64,000 bases of DNA from the IMG/VR virus record IMGVR_UViG_3300029319_000002, positions 32,001 to 96,000 of that record; one strand, given 5' to 3'. The notes beneath the pieces were generated by a model, which searched no databases, was not told the origin of the DNA, and saw only the letters and a program-made list of their open reading frames with translations. The position numbers and the translations under genes are program-made. Source of the DNA: a virus. Shown here piece after piece: positions 57,817 to 64,000 of this stretch. How positions within the stretch are numbered: the first letter of the stretch is position 1; each line of letters starts with the position of its first letter.

Positions 57817-60800
57817 ATGTCCGAGACACTCAATCTTAATTCGTTTCCTTACTTTGATGATTTTGACGAATCAAAAAATTACAAGAAAGTTCTGTTTAAA
57901 CCTGGAGTATCAGTTCAGGCTAGAGAGTTAACTACTCTTCAATCTTCTATTCAGAATCAACTTGAGGCATTTTCGGACACGGCATTTTTTGATGGACAGA
58001 TTGTTGAGGGTGGAAGTTTAAATTATATTCCAAAACTTGATTATGTTTTATTAGAAGACACTTTTAATGGAATTCCAGTATCTTCTTATATTAATAATTT
58101 TAATAATCTTGTCTTAATTGGTGAATTAACTGGCATACAAGCAAGAGTTATTTCAGTAGTCTCTGCAGAAAAATCTGAAAAAGGAAAAACTACACTATAC
58201 GTTAAATATCTCTCATCCAATTCTACCGATTTTACTGAAAAGACCTTTAGAGATTCAGAACAATTAATAACACAAACATCCGTAAACATTGGGACTACAG
58301 TATTCTTTGAGAATACACCTATGGCAAAGTGTGTCTCTACAAATGCCACTGGATTAGGATCTGCGATTAAATTAAATCCTGGAAAAACATATATTAGAGG
58401 ATTTTTTGTAGATTTTGATGAAAAATTACTCATTTTAGATCAGTATGAAACAGAACCCAGCTATAAAGTTGGATTTGAAATAGATGAAAAAATTATAACC
58501 TCATTAGAAGACTCTAGTCTCAACGATAATGCTAGAGGGTTTTCAAATTTTTCTGCACCAGGAGCAGATAGACTCCAAATTTCATGTGAGTTAGGAAAAA
58601 AGACGATAGATGATTTAGATACTGATACTTTTGTAGAAATATTAAGATTTGAAAATGGAATATTAAAATATAAGAGTCCTGAAAGAAGTTATAATTTTAT
58701 AGAAGATGAATTAGCTAGAAGAACATATGATGAGTCTGGAGATTATATTGTAGATGATTTTGATGTACAGATTGATGAAACTCTTAATGATCTAAAAAAT
58801 TCAAATGGACTTTACTTAGATACTGAAAAAACTTATAAGAATAATGAACCTTCAGAAAGTTTAGTATCTGTTTCTATATCACCCGGAAAGGCATATGTAA
58901 GAGGATATGAGATTGAAAAAATTTCAAATACAATATTTGAAGTAGAGAAAGCAAGGGATTCAAAACTAATTGAAGATTCTACAATTCCAGTCAATTTCGG
59001 TAAAAAAGTTATAGTTAACAACATTAATGGATTACCAAACACTGGAATTACAACTTACTATGCAGAACTCAGAAATAGAAGAAAAGATGGAGATCATTTA
59101 AGTGGAAGTGGAGATATTGTTGGATATGGAAGGATTTATGATAACAAATTGAGGGAGTCTTATAGTAATAATTCTAGTGAGCAAGACCTATATCTTTATG
59201 ATTTACAATTTTTATCTGAAATCACTGTTAGTTCAAATATTGTAAGCTATCAGGTAGGATCTTTATTGGAAGGTAAAAATAGTGGTGCCATTGGATATAT
59301 TGCAGGAACAGATGGACTCGAAACTGATCCTACAGGAGTATCCACGTTTACTGTCTATAGAGTAAGTGGAAACTTTGTTCCCAATGAACCTTATCATATT
59401 GATGGTATTTTAGATGCAAGATTAATTAAAACTGTAACTAACTTTAGTTTTGATGACACTAAATCTATTAAAATGGTTGGATCTGGTGTTACATATACCG
59501 CAGACTTGCTGCTAACAAATGAAACCCAATTAGGTGATTTTGGTAATACTTATAATATAACTGCAAGAACTAGTGAAACTGGCATTTCTACCATTACATC
59601 AACTGACAATAGATTTACTAGAGTTAGAGTAAATGATATTATTAAATATACTCTCCCCGGAATCTCAACATCTTTTCCCACACTTAATAGAGTTGTTTCT
59701 GTAAATACTGCAGAAAATAAAATTACAGTTTCTCAAGTTGAGGACGTATCTAATTTCTGCGACGGTGATCTTCCTAGTGCAGCTACAACCGTAAATGATT
59801 TAGTTATTGCTAGACCTGGAATGGAGGTGTCTAGTGATCCTGGACTATTTGCAAGCATTCCTGAAGAATTAGTTTCTGATATTGATATTGATTCCTCCAT
59901 ACTTTCTGTAAGAAAAGAGTATAATGTAAATATTGCAAACTCTTCAGGAACAGTTAATGAGGGTGACCCAAATTTTGCTTTTGTTGGATATGGAATTGAT
60001 AAGTATATTCTTATATACTCCGATGGAACAATAGAACCACTAACTAGCCAAAAGATTGTCCTATCAGGAAGTTCTAGGCAACTAGATTTAAAGTCTTTGA
60101 CAAAGACAACCGACACTGGAGCAACTTTGATTGCTACTTTAGATAAAAGAAACTTAACCACAACAGGAAAAACTATTAGAGGTGAAAGTGCCTTTGTCTC
60201 TAGATCTACTAGCCCAATATCAGGATCTGGTAAAGACACTCTCAATGATGGACTAACACCAGATGTTCAAGGAAAGTATGGAACTAGAGTTCAAGATAGA
60301 GATATTTGTTTAAATCACCCCGATGTGATAAGAGTAAATGCCATATTTGAATCTGAAAATCTTACAGATCCTCTAACACCAACTTTAACTCTTACTAATA
60401 ACACTTCTTCACTAATAGAGTCTATTCCTGGTGAAGAAATTGTTGGTGAAAGTTCTGGTGCTGTAGCAAAAGTAGTTGATAATTTACCTCTTCAAACTAA
60501 TACAACCACAAAAGTTAATTTTGTATATTTAAATAGTAAAAGATTTAATATTGATGAAAAAGTAACTTTTAAATCTACTAATATATCTGGAAATATACAA
60601 TCTTTAACTTTTGGTAGTAGAGATGTAACTTCCAATTTTAGTTTTGATAGTGGACAAAGAGATGATTATTATGATTTTGGAAAAATTGTAAGAAACAAAA
60701 CTGGATATGTTCCAGCAAAGAGACTTTTAGTTATATTTGATAGATATGAATTATCTGCGGGAACAAATAACATTGTAAACTATGATAGCTATGCATTTAC

Positions 60801-63800
60801 TAACTTTGAAAATGATATTGTTTCCCATAAAGGAAAAAGAAATACTGATATATTAGATTTTAGACCTAGAGTCGCAGCTTACAATATTAATACTGCTGCA
60901 TACGGTCCATTTCATTTTCAAACTAGGGACTTCTCTAACAACAGTTCTGATATTACAGTTATTGATGATGAGACTATTACATTAAATTACTCATTCTATT
61001 TACCAAGAATTGATAAAATTTTCTTAGATAAAGAAGGTAATTTTAATTATAAAAAAGGCATTTCTTCCGTATCTCCTCAAGCACCATTCATTGAAAGTAA
61101 TTCAATGGACCTCTTTACATTATACTATCCAGCATACACATTTGATAAGGAGGATATTAATATTGATGAAACTACTCATAAGAGATATACGATGAAAGAT
61201 CTTAGAAAGATTGAGAGTAGAATCGAAAATCTTGAAAGATTTACTACATTATCTTTGTTAGAGTCTGAAATAAACACTTTAAAAGTAGTTGATGATCAAA
61301 CTGGAGTAGATAAATTTAAAACAGGATTCATTGTAGATGGTTTTATTGATGAGAATTCACAGAATACTATCACACCATATAATAATATTTCAATTGATAC
61401 CAGAATAGGTGAATTAAGACCAGCAACATATACTACAGCACTGGACTTAATTTGGGGATCAAAATCTTACATTGGTATTGGAACTGTTTCTGATCAAAAT
61501 ATCGATTTAAATACTGCTGTGGACTTAGAGTCCAACAATTTGAAAAAAACTGGAGATCTAATAACATTAGATTATACAACAACAACTTCTATTGACCAAC
61601 CCTATGCAAATAGCACATTAAAAATTAATGCAACCGGTATTTCTAATTATGTTGGTAATTTGAAACTATATCCATCAACAGATAGTTGGTTTGATCAAAA
61701 TAATTACAAAAAAACTACAAATTATCCTGATGATCCTTTCTATTATAAGAAATTATATGCAAAAGATGTAGAGAATAGTAATTTCTTTGAGAATAGATTC
61801 CATTCTTGGAAAGATTTTTGGACGGGTAGAAGTATTATTGAAGATAATAAAGTATATGATGGAAAAATTGATCCATATTTTTGGAAAAAAACCGAAAATC
61901 AAAGTTATTTACCACAAAAATCACCAATTCAAGCAATTACATTAAATTCTGAGGTTGAAACTCAAAATTCTAAGACGGTGGAGAAAAAATTATTTAATAA
62001 AAATGTTTCTCCTTACATGAGAAGAAGAAACTTTAGTTTTAATTGTGATTCCCTCAAACCATCCACAAAATTCTATGCATTTTTAGATAAAATTTCAGTT
62101 AAAAATTTAATTATACCAAAACTGCTTGAAATTGCCATGATTTCTGGATCATTCTCAGTAGGTGAGGATGTGGTTGGAACAATTTCTTCACAAGACAGTA
62201 AGCAATCCAATGTAAAAATTAAATTTAGACTTGCTACAACTAATCATAGAGATGGTACATATAATAATCCTGCAGGAATTTATGAAAGAAATCCATATAC
62301 TGGTGAAATTTTACAATCTAATTATTCTCAAACTTCTAGTATTCTGAATATAGATTTGAGTAGTTTGTCCTCTATCACACTTCCAGAATATTATGGATAT
62401 GTCGTAGCAAATATGACATTAGTCGGACAGACAAGTGGAGCAAAAGCAACAGTAAAAGAACCTAGATTAGTTAGCAATCAGAATGGATTACTTCAGGCAG
62501 CATTTTACATTTCCAAATATGAAGATGATAATAAAGTTTTCTTGACTGGAAAGAAAACTTTAAAAATAACTAGTGATGAATTTGATCAAGAATACTCTAG
62601 TGATCTTATAAGTTTTGCTGAAGTTGTTTTTTCAACATCGGGTCATATTCCCATTTATAAAAATGATATCTTATCAATTCGTAATTCTAATTTTGATAAA
62701 TTATCAGATAAAACTAATACTGCTTCTGGAGATTTTGTTCTAGATGTTTATAGAAATAATGAGTTTACTAAAAATATTCTATTAAATAATGGATTTGCAA
62801 ATCCATTAGCACAGTTATTTTCTGTCGATGAACCTTCAGGAATATTTGTAACTTCCATTGACATTTATTTTGCTCAAATTGACAGCAATGTGCCTGTAAC
62901 TCTTGATATAAAGACAGTTAAAAATAGAATTCCAACTTCAATCTCTATTCCCTTTTCTAAAAAAACATTATATCCCAATCAAATAACTTCATCTGCAGAT
63001 TCGAGTTTGCCAACTACGTTTGAATTTGATTCTCCAGTATTTTTAGAAGGTGGAAAAATATATTCCATCATGTTAAGTTCTGATTCTGAGTTATATGAAA
63101 TATATGCTTCCAACTTTACTAGTGAGTCACTAGATTTCTTAACTTCCTCTGAGGTTAATAAAATATCTTCTGTTGGTGAACTTTATGTTCCTGGTAATGT
63201 TACTCAAGTGAAAAAAGATACTATGAATCTGAAATTTAAACTCAATAAAGCTAAGTTTACTAATAATTCAGGTGCTCTAACATTATACAATCCTAGATTA
63301 GATTTTGGTAATAATCAAAGACCAACATTAACAACAAATCCTTTAGTATCTAAATCTAATAAACAAATTGTTGGACTCAATACACATATTGCTACAGCAG
63401 GTATTGCTACTTTAGGTTTACAATTAACTCAAAATGATACACAAACAGGATTTATTGTAGATACTTTAGGTATTGTTGGTGTAGGAACAAGTGGACTTAC
63501 AGTATCTAAAGTAGGTACAGGTCTAACTCCGACTTCGGGAATTGCAACATATAGTGGGGTTACTTTCACTTCTTTAAGTGGTAAAGGAACAGGATTAACT
63601 GGAGATGTAACAGTAGATAGTGGTTCTGTAAGTCTAATTAATATTACAAATGGTGGTGAGCAGTTCTCTCTAAATGAAGTTGTTACAGCAACATTAGGAA
63701 ATACGGGCATTGACTTCCAATTCTCTGTTGGAATTAGAACATCTATTTCCTCATTAGTTTTGGATGACATTCAAGGAACATTTAACAGTGTTAATAAATT

Positions 63801-64000
63801 GATCACTAAGAATGTTGCTACTGGAGCAACTACTGAAATGCCCGTAGAAATTATTCCCGATACAATTAGTCAATTTGAAGATGATGAGGATGGATTACAC
63901 TTCCTTGTTAACCATAAAAATCATGGACAATATTCTAGAAACACTAATAAAGTTACAATGTCTAATATTGAAAGTGACTTAGCAGTAACAACATTAGCTT
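57817..64000 (+). CDS. DUF4815/VrlC-like large virion protein, 3'-truncated; not in the track
   Basis: PYFDDFD...VLFKPG.SVQARELTTLQS, LARRTYDESGDYIV, IENLE.FT.LSLLE, PLAQ.F..GIFVTSIDIYF; frame open wherever sampled up to the window end. Confidence 0.9.
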   Translation, partial: MSETLNLNSFPYFDDFDESKNYKKVLFKPGVSVQARELTTLQSSIQNQLEAFSDTAFFDGQIVEGGSLNYIPKLDYVLLEDTFNGIPVSSYINNFNNLVLIGELTGIQARVISVVSAEKSEKGKTTLYVKYLSSNSTDFTEKTFRDSEQLITQTSVNIGTTVFFENTPMAKCVSTNATGLGSAIKLNPGKTYIRGFFVDFDEKLLILDQYETEPSYKVGFEIDEKIITSLEDSSLNDNARGFSNFSAPGADRLQISCELGKKTIDDLDTDTFVEILRFENGILKYKSPERSYNFIEDELARRTYDESGDYIVDDFDVQIDETLNDLKNSNGLYLDTEKTYKNNEPSESLVSVSISPGKAYVRGYEIEKISNTIFEVEKARDSKLIEDSTIPVNFGKKVIVNNINGLPNTGITTYYAELRNRRKDGDHLSGSGDIVGYGRIYDNKLRESYSNNSSEQDLYLYDLQFLSEITVSSNIVSYQVGSLLEGKNSGAIGYIAGTDGLETDPTGVSTFTVYRVSGNFVPNEPYHIDGILDARLIKTVTNFSFDDTKSIKMVGSGVTYTADLLLTNETQLGDFGNTYNITARTSETGISTITSTDNRFTRVRVNDIIKYTLPGISTSFPTLNRVVSVNTAENKITVSQVEDVSNFCDGDLPSAATTVNDLVIARPGMEVSSDPGLFASIPEELVSDIDIDSSILSVRKEYNVNIANSSGTVNEGDPNFAFVGYGIDKYILIYSDGTIEPLTSQKIVLSGSSRQLDLKSLTKTTDTGATLIATLDKRNLTTTGKTIRGESAFVSRSTSPISGSGKDTLNDGLTPDVQGKYGTRVQDRDICLNHPDVIRVNAIFESENLTDPLTPTLTLTNNTSSLIESIPGEEIVGESSGAVAKVVDNLPLQTNTTTKVNFVYLNSKRFNIDEKVTFKSTNISGNIQSLTFGSRDVTSNFSFDSGQRDDYYDFGKIVRNKTGYVPAKRLLVIFDRYELSAGTNNIVNYDSYAFTNFENDIVSHKGKRNTDILDFRPRVAAYNINTAAYGPFHFQTRDFSNNSSDITVIDDETITLNYSFYLPRIDKIFLDKEGNFNYKKGISSVSPQAPFIESNSMDLFTLYYPAYTFDKEDINIDETTHKRYTMKDLRKIESRIENLERFTTLSLLESEINTLKVVDDQTGVDKFKTGFIVDGFIDENSQNTITPYNNISIDTRIGELRPATYTTALDLIWGSKSYIGIGTVSDQNIDLNTAVDLESNNLKKTGDLITLDYTTTTSIDQPYANSTLKINATGISNYVGNLKLYPSTDSWFDQNNYKKTTNYPDDPFYYKKLYAKDVENSNFFENRFHSWKDFWTGRSIIEDNKVYDGKIDPYFWKKTENQSYLPQKSPIQAITLNSEVETQNSKTVEKKLFNKNVSPYMRRRNFSFNCDSLKPSTKFYAFLDKISVKNLIIPKLLEIAMISGSFSVGEDVVGTISSQDSKQSNVKIKFRLATTNHRDGTYNNPAGIYERNPYTGEILQSNYSQTSSILNIDLSSLSSITLPEYYGYVVANMTLVGQTSGAKATVKEPRLVSNQNGLLQAAFYISKYEDDNKVFLTGKKTLKITSDEFDQEYSSDLISFAEVVFSTSGHIPIYKNDILSIRNSNFDKLSDKTNTASGDFVLDVYRNNEFTKNILLNNGFANPLAQLFSVDEPSGIFVTSIDIYFAQIDSNVPVTLDIKTVKNRIPTSISIPFSKKTLYPNQITSSADSSLPTTFEFDSPVFLEGGKIYSIMLSSDSELYEIYASNFTSESLDFLTSSEVNKISSVGELYVPGNVTQVKKDTMNLKFKLNKAKFTNNSGALTLYNPRLDFGNNQRPTLTTNPLVSKSNKQIVGLNTHIATAGIATLGLQLTQNDTQTGFIVDTLGIVGVGTSGLTVSKVGTGLTPTSGIATYSGVTFTSLSGKGTGLTGDVTVDSGSVSLINITNGGEQFSLNEVVTATLGNTGIDFQFSVGIRTSISSLVLDDIQGTFNSVNKLITKNVATGATTEMPVEIIPDTISQFEDDEDGLHFLVNHKNHGQYSRNTNKVTMSNIESDLAVTTLA

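Noticed and set aside
1025-64000. Inteins, introns or homing endonucleases inside the giant ORFs
   Set aside because: No LAGLIDADG, HNH-nuclease, GIY-YIG or intein terminal motifs were noticed and the frames are uninterrupted; the HNH at 9317 is a single tripeptide in a fibre module.
1-64000. tRNA, rRNA or known structured ncRNA genes
   Set aside because: No cloverleaf or T-loop signatures were seen in the few intergenic gaps; tRNAscan-SE/Infernal would be needed to exclude them formally.

Overview
A 64 kb segment of a large, AT-rich T4-like cyanomyovirus genome (Kyanoviridae type; gene order resembles P-SSM2/S-SM2-like phages, from recall rather than a search). Almost all genes are on the + strand, in three blocks. 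(1) 1-26.5 kb: a late structural block with three giant fibre/spike genes (3215, 2923 and 2151 aa). Two of them share near-identical DNA cassettes in scrambled order and carry unusually Cys-rich beta-helix repeats. The third ends in a Peptidase_G2-type self-cleaving chaperone. (2) 26.5-37.8 kb: a hypervariable early island with dam, an SF2 helicase, a PD-(D/E)xK-like nuclease and about 25 small ORFs. It is cut into modules by a repeated promoter cassette: a 24-25 bp dyad (consensus TGTGCCAGTT-N4/5-AACTGGCACA) at a fixed 29-31 bp upstream of a -10 box. The island also holds a late-promoter glycosyltransferase-like gene, an origin-like non-coding gap and one antisense gene driven by a divergent promoter pair. 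(3) 38-64 kb: a GT-A-like gene, a cupin and conserved hypotheticals, then baseplate gp25, gp6, gp7 (with a 1.1 kb high-GC foreign insertion), gp8 and a truncated DUF4815 virion protein. No tRNA, rRNA, CRISPR array, integrase, transposase or reverse transcriptase was seen. All family assignments come from motif recognition by eye and were not database-verified.
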